This document shows positions 35,205 to 47,368 of a DNA stretch of 64,000 nucleotides, in pieces. The stretch comes from Phallusia mammillata (Eukaryota), in assembly GCA_965637545.1 (NCBI GenBank), contig OZ281496.1, positions 3,782,001 through 3,846,000 of the forward strand. Reading direction: 5' to 3'. Within the stretch, counting starts at the first letter, position 1, and every line of letters starts with the position of its first letter. Both the position numbers and the translations under genes were made by a program. The notes below the pieces were generated by a model, which did no database searches, was not told the origin of the DNA, and saw only the letters and a program-made list of their open reading frames with translations.

Positions 35205-38200
35205 GTTTATATCAAGGGAAATATTGGTTGTGGCCAGGAGAAGTCCTGCAAAGCATCGTTTTCAACTTGATATAGATTTTTTTTAGTATCCTATAATGCC
35301 GCTTTTCGTATTTTTAGTATCCTATAATGCCGCAGCTGAAACTGCTTCCTAGCATAATAAACAGAGTGGCAATATCCATCGTTGCGCCTCTTTTAATTTT
35401 TATGTATTTTAGTTGTACACCAACCAAGTAACATCCCACAAACCCTTTATGTCATATAACAATACCTTGTCATACGGCACAAGGGGAGACTGTCCGTTAT
35501 ATTGTCGAACATTCAAGATATATTTTCGTAAATTGAAAACTTTGGAATATGTAGGCTTAAACAACTAAATTGGGCGAAAATACGCCATGGTGGCGAACAG
35601 GCTTGTATGAGAGCTAAAGCTTGTTAAACAGCTTGTTATACTGTTTTACTTAAAATGGTGCTTGTATCATTTAGTTTCCGACACACTGTGTGCAGTGGAG
35701 AATGTAAGCGGTGCTTATTATTATACAACAATTGCCCCTAACTGTAACACATGGGCCCGACGATTTGTTTCAACTGGAGATTCTTCTCGGTTAATTGCAC
35801 ATTTCCGTTTGGGACAGCTTGCTGCAAACAACTTTTGCAAGGTAAAACTTTACGAACTTTGTCCTTGAAATGAGCTCAATTCGAAATTCGTCCGTTCGTT
35901 TCCGCGTAGGTTCGAATTTCATTTCTTTCAGTTAAATTTTAAATACTTTCCTCACCTTATGCGCAAATCGTGAACAAAAAACATCTAGATTTACGAGGGA
36001 TCCGACGACCAAGGTAAATTAGCTGGAACGTTGGAAGGTGGAGGCTTATCTTTTCCGGTTATCGTTGAAAGTTCGTCTGCTTATATATCTTGTGTCACAG
36101 ACCTTACGACGGAATCTGTGTCGTTTCGTCTACAACCATGTAAGTAAGGCTTACGATTCATTTAAAACCGAAACTTGAAGCATATATTGTAGATAAAACA
36201 TGTTTTCGGGTCGATATCAGCAACAAATAAAATGATGTCAAATCTATTATTTTGCAGACTTTGAAAAAAATAATAATTTGCAAACACAGTTTTAATGTAA
36301 AAAAATCGTAGTTTATGAGCACTTTTTAAACAGTGGTGATATTCCATTGCTTATCGGATCGACAACTACACATAAGTCACAGAAAATCGACAACACGATG
36401 GTCAAAACAATTGCTTGGAACTATTTTACCAGCTGCGTTGTCTCAAGCTAAACGTTTTGTGCTGTTTAGTTACGTCGTGCGGGGAAGATGTTGAAGATAT
36501 ACCGTACAATTTACTCTCTCCAATGTTTCCTAGTAACTACCCCAACTTTGCTGGTTGTGTTTGGAGATTTCAAATGAATAGCAGCACAACCTTAGTGTTC
36601 CAATTCTCTACATTTAACACTGAGGGCGAATCCGACATTCTTTACGTAAGTGTCTTAACGTATAATATAACCTAATTTAAGGGTTCCAACAGAGGAAATC
36701 CAGAGATTGCGTGCAAAATGAGGGTAGTGTGGACAAAATATTTTTTTCTCTCTCATTATTTAACATGGTAATATTGTCGACGCAAATAATCGAGTGGAAA
36801 CGGTTTGGTATCTTTAGGAGATTTCTTGCAATACGCACTGAATTAATATGTGGCCCTCTGCGGCTAAATGTTAGCATTTCTGATCAAACCAAATATAAAT
36901 AAATACCGTATTGTTTTCAGTTCAAGAACGAAGAAGGTAATGTGGACAAATTTTCTGGGTCGCTTGGGTCATTTAACTACACGGTGACTTCATCAAATCT
37001 CACTGTCATGTTTGAGAGCGACGATAGCGTGCTAAGAGTCGGATTTAATGCCAAAGTAGGTGAGGCAAATCTCCTTTCAGGCACAAAATGTCGACATGCA
37101 AATGATAAAAATACACTTAAGCTCAGCCAGGATGGGTTGTAGGTTCACGATGGTCTGTAAAAAAAACTTCTTTGTGATTTAAACTAAAATCTAACTAATA
37201 AGATAGCAACGAAAATTTTTTGACTCCTTTTACTGCATTGCGACAAGTGCTTTAAATTCCTTTTAGATCAGCTAATTAGAATCTAGAGAGTTCCCAACAA
37301 GCTATTTTGACATCAAGTTCTTTTTTTTTGGTCCTGTCTCACCAAATTACATCGTTTAGTTCGATGCCAAGTTGTAACATTTTATATGATAAAATACGGG
37401 GTAGGTAAAATCCATTAAATTAATATCACAATATAAAGGCAATGAAAGGTCTAAAATAACAAATTTAATATTCAAAAGTAAATTTTAATCCACAAAAGGT
37501 TGAAAAATGCTTTATTTATACTTTATTTAATTTTTTTTATACCGTAGAAATACAACCATCTGTTGAATGTAGGACTGAAAATTTGATCATCAGGTAGGTT
37601 AATATTTTCTTTTTGATTCGTAAGTGAAAATTATTGATGCTTTTTGAAAGTCTTTTATAATCAAAAGGTTATTGAAAAAAATTCTTTATTGATTGAGACA
37701 TCTTTTACTTCTCAGTTTTCAATGGGTCTTCTAATGGGATGCGGCGATAAAAACAGCAATATAGTATAAATGTTTGAAAAGTAAGCAAAAAAAGAACAGG
37801 TTGTCTAGACTTTTATAGTGTACAAAAACTTAGCAGTGTAATCTTCGCAGAGTAACAGCTGATCAACAGAACACATTAGATTACGAACTCGGTGACACGC
37901 TTTTCATCGCATTGGACAGGGAAACTCCCCTTTCTCGACTCAATAACAACTGCAAAGTCACGGGGTCAAACCCAGTGTTTACCTTTGACATTGGCCAATG
38001 CAAAGGTGCTTTTAAGGTACAGTTGGATTTTTTTTCCAAACACATAGAAAGTTTGTCCTTATTATTTTTAGAAAACATTAGCTATTAGAACCAATTAACA
38101 ATACATAGTTAGGTATAATGATAAGTGTTATAATCTTTTTCTTGCTGCATAATAAAAAACTGCCAATTTTGAAATATAATGTAATTTTCCTGCTAATATA

Positions 38201-38419
38201 CAGAATGAAAACGGTACGGTGTCGGTGTCTTTCCTGATCTGGAGATTCCTAGCTCCATCCACTGCCGTGATCCAACGCGACGTTCAAAACAAGCTGAATG
38301 TGACTTGTTTATTTGACGCGGACCTTCTTATCTCGTCATCCAAAATTCGTACAAAAATCGGGTAAAGAGGCGAAGAACAAACATTTATATAACAGCTAAG
38401 ATGAACATATTTAAAGTAG

Positions 38420-38590
38420 GATCAGCCCTGAAGCGTCGATGAAGACCAGCGATCATGGCGTACATATCGATAAATCATAGAACGCCAGGCTTATTAAAGG
38501 CGTGTACCGAGTGAGCTGGTCCCCCGAGCATTGGGAATGTCAGATGGAAATGCTTGGGAGACCAGCTGATTCGGCACACGCATTCTATTT
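38420..38590 (-). mobile_element. SINE body fragment in gene-3 intron 8
   Basis: Reverse complement matches 56200-56265 (GCCTGGCGT...GACGCTTCAGG(G/A)CTGATCCTA). Not seen in gene-1 intron 8. Confidence 0.5.
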
Positions 38591-39230
38591 AGACAAGCTC
38601 ATATTATTGTGGAGAGTGTATTTACCAATGCTGCTCAACAAAATGCACGGTTTTAATCTAGTGCGTTAATTTGTATTTGATAATCTCGCGTACACACCAG
38701 GGAGTTAAAAATAGTAAGCTATTTGTCATATTGATTGCCATTTTTATTTCCGAACATTTTTAAATATTGTAGATCTGAAGAAATTTCGGCGAAGAATGCA
38801 GGAACTTTGGATGTTGCCCTAAATCTCTTTAGCAACGAATATTTTACCGAAAGCTTGCCCAGCGAAGTCACTGTACCTAACTACATTTTTGCTAAACTTA
38901 AACTTAATGAGATTTCCGTAAGCAACGATGACTTTATTGTTCAGGTGACTTGAAAACAAACAGCTTTTAGTGCAAGAAACCATTGTATTCTTTAATTTAA
39001 TATTCACTATTCTGGCATCGTTGGTCTAATTTGTAATTTATACTCTTAAAGTGGAATATATTTTTGCACAGCTAGAAGCCTGTTGGGCGACACGCAATGA
39101 AAACTCCGATAGTGTGCCGAGTTACCAAATTGTACAAAGCGGGTAAGATATACTTGCATTACCTCAACACATTTTTTTCTCATTTGGGAGCTTATTTGTT
39201 TAGTGATTAATTTTCCACCTGTATTTCACT

Positions 39231-39349
39231 ATGTTTTTTTTCACGGGGTTCGAACCCAGGACACTCCCGGGGAAAAATCCCGATCAAGGTTTTTTTTGAG
39301 TCTGTATGTGGGTCAGGCGCGCCAGACCATTCGGCCAAGTTCCTGCCCA
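39231..39349 (-). mobile_element. Young ~119-bp tRNA-derived SINE with TSD
   Basis: Reverse complement has box A TGGCCGAATGG, box B GGTTCGAACCC and an A9 tail. 9-bp TSD TATTTCACT (39222-39230, 39350-39358). Empty site at ~11798. Confidence 0.82.
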
Positions 39350-39927
39350 TATTTCACTGTGCTTAACTTTGCATCGAAACTTTTAAATGCGTTGCGCCAC
39401 TCAGTGGAAGCGAGTCCGCCGAGGCGAAGATTTTGATCCGAAACTACGAATCCAACTTTGCAAACTTTCAAGCTGATGAGCTTTGTGTGGTCAAACTTTA
39501 CTGACGCAGAACAATTTATCTACATCCACTGCGACGTGACCGTCTGTTATAATTCAACTGGACAGGTGAGTTGAGTTGACCGTATTTAGGACTTGTGATA
39601 GAGATTACAGTTTACCAAGAAATGTTAGTCAAAAAATATAAGAAGGTGTAGGAATATCGGTTTTAGTGATATCAGTTTTTTCTAAACCAACAAAACCACT
39701 GTATATTGCTAAACCACAGTGAACTTATAACGATATATCTTTATAGATAAACTAAAGAATTTCATAGGCGTTTATGGCCAGTTGTGACATTAAAAAGATT
39801 TAGTGAGGCGCGGTTTTATAGTCTGTTGCACCCAACTAACTGGAGTGTCCTAGGTTCGCTTGTCATTACGGTATATTTTCTGTCAACAGTTGCACTCATA
39901 AGATTTTATATGGCAAACCAGTGCAAA

Positions 39928-40017
39928 GGCCGAATGGTATGGCGAGCCTCACCCATATAAAGACATAAAATAATTTGATCGGGATTCGTTCCCTCGGGTT
40001 CGAACCACATGAAAAAT
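39928..40017 (+). mobile_element. tRNA-derived SINE, ortholog of 12143-12244
   Basis: GGCCGAATGGTATGGCG...GGGTTCGAACCACATGAAAAA. Confidence 0.55.
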
Positions 40018-41860
40018 AACGATGTTTATTGTCCGTAGCTTATATACAAACTAAAGAGTATTTAAACCCTCTTGTATGGTTCAGCTGATAGGGTAATAGC
40101 ACGGAAAATACGCCGTGCCGTGGAGGAATGCTTGGGAGACCGGCCCTTAATCGGCCTGGCGCACTATGGATTATATATATGTGTGCCGTGATCGCCTTAA
40201 TTCGGTATGACGCCTTTAATAAGACTGGTGTACGATGAAATATCAATATTAGTATAATTGTTTTGTAGTCTTGTTCTGGTAAGAAACGACGATCTGTTGA
40301 AGACAATGGTCGCAATCAACTACTTTCTGCAGGGCCAGTGCACATTGTAGTTTTCGAAATATCTTCCCCTTGTATAGTACTATGTCTTGCTGACTACTTA
40401 CGTATATGTTCATGCGATGAACTTGACTGGTAACAATCCCACCTTTTATTTAATTTTCATGGAAGGGCACATATGAAAGGTAAATAAAACAATAATTATC
40501 GTAAAACATATTTCATGGGTTCGAATCCCATCACTAATTTTCTTTTTCTTGTATCCGTTGCTTTAACAACCAGACCGATTCGCTGGCCTCTTGCAATCTT
40601 GACATATACTGCGACTTTCATGGGTATAACCAACACATGTCCGCTTCAGTGCTGACTACATCGATATATAAGCAGTTATTTACCTATTTTTATCGTTTTT
40701 TTGTTAAGCATGACCTTTTTTTTATCTGTTATACAACAGAAGAAAGAAACGAAGCTATAGAAGGTGCTGGCAACAGCTACCAACTTGTGATGTTTGTTCT
40801 TCTGGCTGTAATTATTATCGGAGCTGGTTACATCGTATGGGGCAAACTGAACCAGGATCGCAATGCGAGACAAAATCGACTGTAGATAAATGTTTTAGTA
40901 TTCTCATCATGGCTTGTTAATCTGCATTTAAAAGCTATTGCCTTTGAAGATCAAAAAACAAATAACAAATTAAAGCTGTTTTTCATAGGGCTGTTTGTTA
41001 GTTTAGTTATCAAATAAATATTATGCATCAATTCACTTATTACATGCTTCATTCATAGCTGACATGAAATTACTTTGTCAAAGTATTGTCGTGTTTCCGT
41101 TTAACTGTTGTATACAATATAATCAGATGGGCCTTTGAATCCTTTGAATTAGCTGATATCATGAGTCAGAAAAAAACATTTTTAAATATTTTAGCGTGGT
41201 AGCCTGTGTTGACCGAGGATATATTGGCCTTTAAATCTCATTTATGGTAATTAATTCAACACAAACAAAACCCATACCACCGTCCTCAAAAAGGCTTATT
41301 GTCTAGAAGTCACCAACACTATGCCCGTTAGACTAATTCTTAAAAGAGCCGGTTGTGCCTCCAGTTTACACAATAGGCTACGCCTCATGACGATTCTTTT
41401 TAAAGTGGTGCAATAGGTTTATCTAACCATGGACAATTAATACTTAACAAAGCATTATGTAACAATCATGGAATTCGACTGTTACGTCATACGCGCTATA
41501 ATAAATGGCAGTTGGTGAACAAAGTGGTACCTGGAATGCTAAACTGATGTAACACATTTTGATTGTGACACATTGCAAGATGAAATAATAAGCCACACTA
41601 GAGAAAAGAGTACCGGAAGTCAATCGGGAAAAACTTCTCAAAAATTCAAACTAATAAACATTCCGTTATTCCCGATTTATGGAGATTTATTAATTGATTG
41701 GTTAGTTTCATGCCTCAGGAAATACAATTTGTTCCCAAAATATTACAGAAAGCAAAATGTCGCATGTGCTGCAAAATTCCAAAACTGATCGGTATTTGCG
41801 AAATTAGGTAATGATGTAGAATAACGTTTTGTACAAATTTACAGTCTATGAGCCTTGGAA

Positions 41861-44800
41861 TTAACGATAACGTGTGGAGCCCCGATTTCTTCCATGATGC
41901 AACTGGTTGTGGCGAATTTCACCTCTGTTCTCATTCCTTTGCATTCGCTCTTCTGCTGGGGCTCCATTGGGGTCGAAATGGTCAAACGCGATTCGTGCTA
42001 AAATATGAGAAATAATTGCTAACATGAAACACAGAGTTTTTATATTAAACATGGTGTTTATTACCTATGTTTTGTGGGGGTCGGTTATGTCGGTCGGATT
42101 TAACCTTGGGTGAAACCTAAAGAGGAAATTGTCATTAAAGATTTTACTGTGAACGCAGAAAATTGATTAAGTACCATTGTTATCAAACGTATTCAATGTT
42201 TTTGTCAGACATTGTTGTAAAGCTATAACCACCAAAAAAGTTCAAATAAATCATCAGATTCGCAAAATAAACATTTTTATTTGTTAAATACTGATAATAA
42301 CCTGAAATGTCCTGTAAAAATGTCTTTCTATTTTAAAAATGTTAAAGCGCCTTTTATGGAGTAGAATTAAATTCCCAGCAAAAAATAAAAAAATGAAAAA
42401 TAAACTGACACATCATTTATTTTCTTGCTTGATTCACCATGGCTTAACGGTATGTGGAATGCAAATTTGCGTAAGAAATCAACTAACTATTGTATTGACT
42501 TTACCGGTCTAAAGCAAAATAACTGAATCTTTTGTTAAACATAAAAACTGATAACGAATGTATAGAAAACGTGGTCGGGATACAGGCTCAGCAAACAGGA
42601 AAAACTTCGACACAGAACTGAACGTTACAAAGCAGCAAATTAAACCAATGAACGTGGGCAATGCCAAAACTATCACAAAGTTTTTGACTAGTCAAATTAA
42701 GTAAGTTGGTTTCTAAGTTAGTCTGCGTTGTCACTAGTGTTTGTGCCTTCACATTTAAAGCAATCACATTTGCCTTGTTGCGTAAATAAATAGTTCATAT
42801 ATTTAATTTGTGTCTTTATGTAGTCAAACGTTTGTTTGTTTTAGGCAGTGATACAAAACGCACGAAATTAATCACTAACTTCCAAACTTATTTACTTACA
42901 CTAGCTTCCAAATACCTAGGGCAGTTCCCGTCCGGTCCAATTTCACTGTCATCATCATAATCATCAAATAAAAACGAATCTAGGATCTTTAGACTCTTAG
43001 ATTTTAATGGAGCAGTTTTGTTATTTCCTAAAGAAATAATGTTTAGATCTTTTTTGTGTATTTTCTTTTCAAACAATAAAAAAGAAACGAAACAAAACGG
43101 ATTGGTTTTAGAACACTATTTGTTCACAAGTATATTGATGAAAATAAAGATCCAAATATACTTAAAAAACGACATGCTTCATTTATTAACCGTTTCGGCA
43201 AATGCTCATGTCATCATTAGAGATAAGAAGGGCCACATCAGTTATACCCGTTTATATGCACTTGAGTCACGCAAAACAATGATAGAAAGGTACGAAATAA
43301 GCGTCGCTTGGAAATGGCAGATAAACAAGATTTGGGCTCTTATTTTTGTCGTTAGATTAATTGTATTTTAATAATTTGGCATGCATTCTAGTCTATTCGA
43401 GAAATTTGAGAAAACTCTTTCCGTGTTTTCCAGAAAAGCGGATAATTTGAAGCAGTTAACAAGTAAATTGGATGCCCTTCAGTTTTACTGTTACTAAATA
43501 AACCATCATCAATCGTGATTGTGGTTTATTCTAATTTAATACTATCGTCAAATACCCACGTGTGGTCCTCGGCTTTGGTGTTGCTGGTTTTGGAAGTTTT
43601 GAAATTACTTTCTTTTTCGCTAAAAACAGAAATGCTTGATTAAATAATGACACTTTTTGATACGTTCGTGACCAACTGAACGCAAAAGTACAGAAAAGCT
43701 GATGACACCATACACCATAACTGCTTCACTCTTTGCATAATTCCGGTAAGTGACACAAAGAGATGAGTTATTAATTTAACAGCTGAAGAGGGGTAGGGGT
43801 AGAAACACTTTTTAAAGTGTCGTTTTTCTCATACTTACTTGGGACTTGAGACTTCTTGGTTTCGTGTTTTAAAGTTTTTGGTATTACTTTCTGTTTTGCT
43901 AATACACAGTTGTGATTCAAAATATTTTATCATTTACTTTCCTTCCAAACAGAAATCCACAAAATTATTAACTTACCAGTATAGGTACAATGGCTCCTTA
44001 ACTTTGGTGCTTCGTGGTTAATGATTTTCGGATTCACTTGTACTTGTACTGGAAACAAAAAAAGCTTTAAGTTTGTTTTGTTTTTTCAAAGTTTTTGTTA
44101 CTTCTTTATAAATAGATGTAAGTTCAGAAATACCACTTAGTCGTTCACCCTTTAGTTTAAAAGATATATATATATTTCGCTAATACAGCATCGTCAGTAC
44201 CTTATTCAAATGGAATCCTTAAACCAACTATTCTTTATAAGTCTCACAATTTATTGATTGATGTTATGTTTGCAAAAGAGTTATTTTTAACTTTCTATCT
44301 TTTGGAATTTGCGTCTTTGGTTTATACCAAACAAGCCTTTTTCAACGAAACCCAGTGTGTTTGTTCAATGTAACTTACGCAAATACACAAAAAAGCTACG
44401 AGCCTAAATTTCCCTTTACCGTTGTATTGTGGTGATGAGCTTGTGTTGCATTCATGTTCACCGTATTTAACATTACATGAAACCTAGATAACAAAATAAA
44501 GCAGAAAGACAATTTATTTCTCAAAATTTCTTTACTTTTTTAATGAAAAGAGATTTCTTACCTTAGAGTACGGATTACTTGGTGGTAGAATGGCGCCCTT
44601 AGCAAAATGAAAACAGCATTAGAGGCACATAGGAATTTTAATTGTGAAATACACAGTTCAATTTTATTAACTCAGGCTTGGTTATTTACATAGTAATCTG
44701 AAAGAAAATAAGTTTAGATGGAAAAGACCCAATAAATAATGACCGATAAAATTGGAAGAATTCGAAGTTTGTTCTACTGTTAAACTTTTCACCACGCTTT

Positions 44801-47368
44801 GTTTTTACGATTTTTTAATTTTCACTTACCATTTGGGGTAGAAAGTATTGTTGTGAAACAGACGGTGCCTGGAAATAAACATGTGAATGATTTTTAAACT
44901 ATTTACTGACAAGGAATATTTTTATGAAGCTTTCCAGGTAATATGTTAAATGTTTAATAGAAAATTTGTCTAAAATAATTTTGCTGCTCGTTTTTTTATA
45001 AGTAACCCAGAACGAAAGCACCGAAATATTTTTTATAATTAAAAATATACAATTTGGAAATTTGAATAACGATTACGAACATTTAAAGCCATGTTGCGCA
45101 TCTACTCTGGTTTACATTTTTTAGAGTAATACGAAATTTAAAATGTTGAAAATTTGTCGACGCAAAAATTCAATTTATAAAACGTGTTTTGTACTTAAAC
45201 CGACAAAATTACTTCTTGACAATGTTCTTACCATCATCATCTGACCGGCTTGAACCAATGGATTGTACTGCGGCTAAAAATCAAAAAAATAAATTGAAGA
45301 TAAGTCTTTTAGAAGGTCTTTCTTAGCCAAAGACAAACTTGTATCTACATTGTCGGTTTATCCAATTGTTATTGTTGTAAAATTCAAGAACAGCGAACAA
45401 ACATTGGTAACGCAGCAGGTGTCCCTTAGACCAGGGGTCGGCAACCTTTTTTGCACTGCAGACCGTTTCTGAAAGTGAATTTTATCGCGGACCGGTGTTA
45501 AGAAAACTACAAATATTTAGCAATGAAAACACATGAATAAGTTTATCATTCCCGGGATATGAATGTAAAATTTTTTAAAGCATTTAACCTGAAAAACTAT
45601 ACGGCCCGGTAACGAATTCCTCGCGAAAAGATACTGGGCCGCGGACCTGCGGTTGCCGACCACTGCATTAGACACATTTTAAATCCTGAAGTTTGTCAAA
45701 ATATCAAAGAAATAACAGAAAACATGTTTGTTAAAGTAGGTCGCCAATTTAGTGTTTATTTGTTTACTTATTTTAGGCGTTTTATTTTTAATAACCTATC
45801 TTGTCAGCAGGGAAGCCTTTATAATCTCCTGAGTAAAAAAAATGTTTTGCTTACGTTTTGTCAATAGCCTATGCTGGTAAAGTAGTTGGTAGTGCAAAGT
45901 GGTTATGTGTTTCATCGTGACATATCTATTTGAGGCTAGCAAAAATAACAACTCACATTTTTAAACGAAATTGAAAAAAATAACTAGAAATTCTGTTCTG
46001 AAGGCTGGACTTGTTTTGATTAAAAACTTTTTTACACTTTCATTAGCAACATAATTTAAAGAAACATTAACTTTAATTAAAATACGCTAATTAACCTTTT
46101 CGTAAAACCATTAAAAATAGTAACAGTCCGATTTACGTGTTTCTTTTTCCATTAATTTTCAGAGAAACGTTTATAATTCTTACCGGTTGGGGCAGAAAAT
46201 ATTGTTGTGGTGCAGCCTAAAATACATGAAGACATTGTTAAGTTTACACTTTTAAATTGCTATTTTACACAAATTATTCCAGTTGACAAAAAATATTTAC
46301 AATTTATTTCGAATCTAATACAAGATTGGGAGGAATTCAATTGACAGTTTTGAAATATTTTATTGAACTCAATTGATTGTTTTGTTTGGTTTTTCAAACT
46401 GTATTTTCCAAGCATCCCATGTTTTATATTCTTAGAATAATTTAAATTGGAAAATACTTTTTGGTTTAAAGAATAAATAACTTATTAGATGCTAACCTTG
46501 TAGTTACTTATTTATGTTCTTACCGGCTGAGGCAGAAACATTTGTTGTGGAGTAGACGGGATCTAGTGATTGCAAAAGAAACAATTTGGTGCATTATCTA
46601 TCAAAGACTTTGCATGTTTAAAAGCTGAAAGACTTTAAGTGTAAAAAATAAAGGCAACTATCACGGTACAGTTTAGGGCTTTTACCGCCAATCAATGTAT
46701 GCACATCTTAAGAAACCAATTACCAACCTTCCCATATCCACTTTACCACGGAGCTAAATTGTGCAGCATACGAGGCAGGCAACGGTGCTCAAATTTCGAC
46801 CTTCGACGAGCTTACCACTGGGCTTGTATAGCGAGACCCGAAAGTTAGTATAGTGGGTTCGAATCCCGGGCGGGCCAGCTTGTTTCGTACTATGTCCAGC
46901 CCCAAGAAAATGCTTTTAGAGGCCGGTTTGTTTCGGTACAAAGCTTTTATACGTCTGGCGCGCTATGAGCATCGATGACTGTTTTACATGAACGCCAGTA
47001 ATAATAGTATGTTGATTTTTTACCTTTTCGGCGTTTAAATTTAGAAACTGGTATGATTCAAACATAATATTTGAAATTGTACTTACCACCATGAAGTTAT
47101 AAGCAGGACGAAATTGACTATTCAGACCCTATAAAAACAATCAATTTAATGCTTTGTGAAAACTGTCCGACATACTTTAAAGAATACTTACAAAGTTTGT
47201 GTAATTCTGCATATTTATTTATAGCGATATGGTTGCTGGCAATCGTTTCAATCCAGCAGATGAATAGTTAATCGCATATAATGGGAAAACTGTGTTGTTG
47301 CAGATATTGTTAACTCTAACTTTAAACAACACCCAGACTTACAACTGTACTTCTGTACACTACAGCAG
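41861..47368 (-). CDS. Micro-exon gene family member B (P/Q-rich then K-rich modules; central part may be disrupted)
   Basis: Exons: 47368-47343 (AAVVYRSTV), 47128-47087 (GLNSQFRPAYNFMV), 46562-46524 (IPSTPQQMFLPQP), 46216-46184 (AAPQQYFLPQP), 45273-45232 (PQYNPLVQAGQMMM), 44868-44830 (APSVSQQYFLPQM), 44597-44562 (GAILPPSNPYSK), 44483-44420, 44048-43977, 43898-43839, 43619-43556 (64 nt, phase break), 42964-42900 (acceptor TG), 42116-42065, 41997-41861 (ARIAFDHFDP...). Most donors are GTAAG. Start exon not located. Confidence 0.62.
45432..45665 (+). mobile_element. hAT (Charlie-like) MITE, 234 bp
   Basis: TIR CAGGGGTCGGCAACC / GGTTGCCGACCACTG. TSD CCTTAGAC/CATTAGAC (7/8). Same family as 7106-7325. 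Confidence 0.85.
46770..46990 (+). mobile_element. tRNA-related SINE-like repeat
   Basis: Box B GGGTTCGAATCCCGG at ~46855. Upstream CAGCATACGAGGCA.GCAACGGTG is shared with ~57465. Confidence 0.4.

Larger units (their letters stand above)
33553..40885 (+). pseudogene. CUB-CUB-ZP-TM gene 3: exons 1-10 and 13 open, exons 11-12 disabled
   Basis: Exons 33553-33613, 35675-35841, 35989-36139, 36470-36645, 36921-37059, 37548-37593, 37851-38016, 38204-38361, 38773-38944, 39072-39142, [39387-39565], [40269-~40346], 40740-40885. Lesions: exon-11 acceptor AG>AA (39385-6); +1 A at 39462-4 giving TGA at 39502; 12-nt deletion removing one Cys; ~150-nt deletion removing the exon-12 donor. Confidence 0.85.
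29452..44562. repeat. Segmental duplication, right copy (partner 4590-18545), with an internal re-duplication of the promoter spacer
   Basis: The spacer is present three times: ~5640-6445, ~30560-31375 and ~32540-33430. Confidence 0.9.

Noticed and set aside
38545-38570. TGGGAGACC motif as a 5S rRNA box C
   Set aside because: The flanks do not match 5S. The motif belongs to a SINE body also seen at 12355, 40130 and 56145.
43018-43371. 117-aa plus ORF
   Set aside because: It starts at TTG, is not kept open in the paralogous 16.9-17.2 kb region, and lies antisense to micro-exon gene B.
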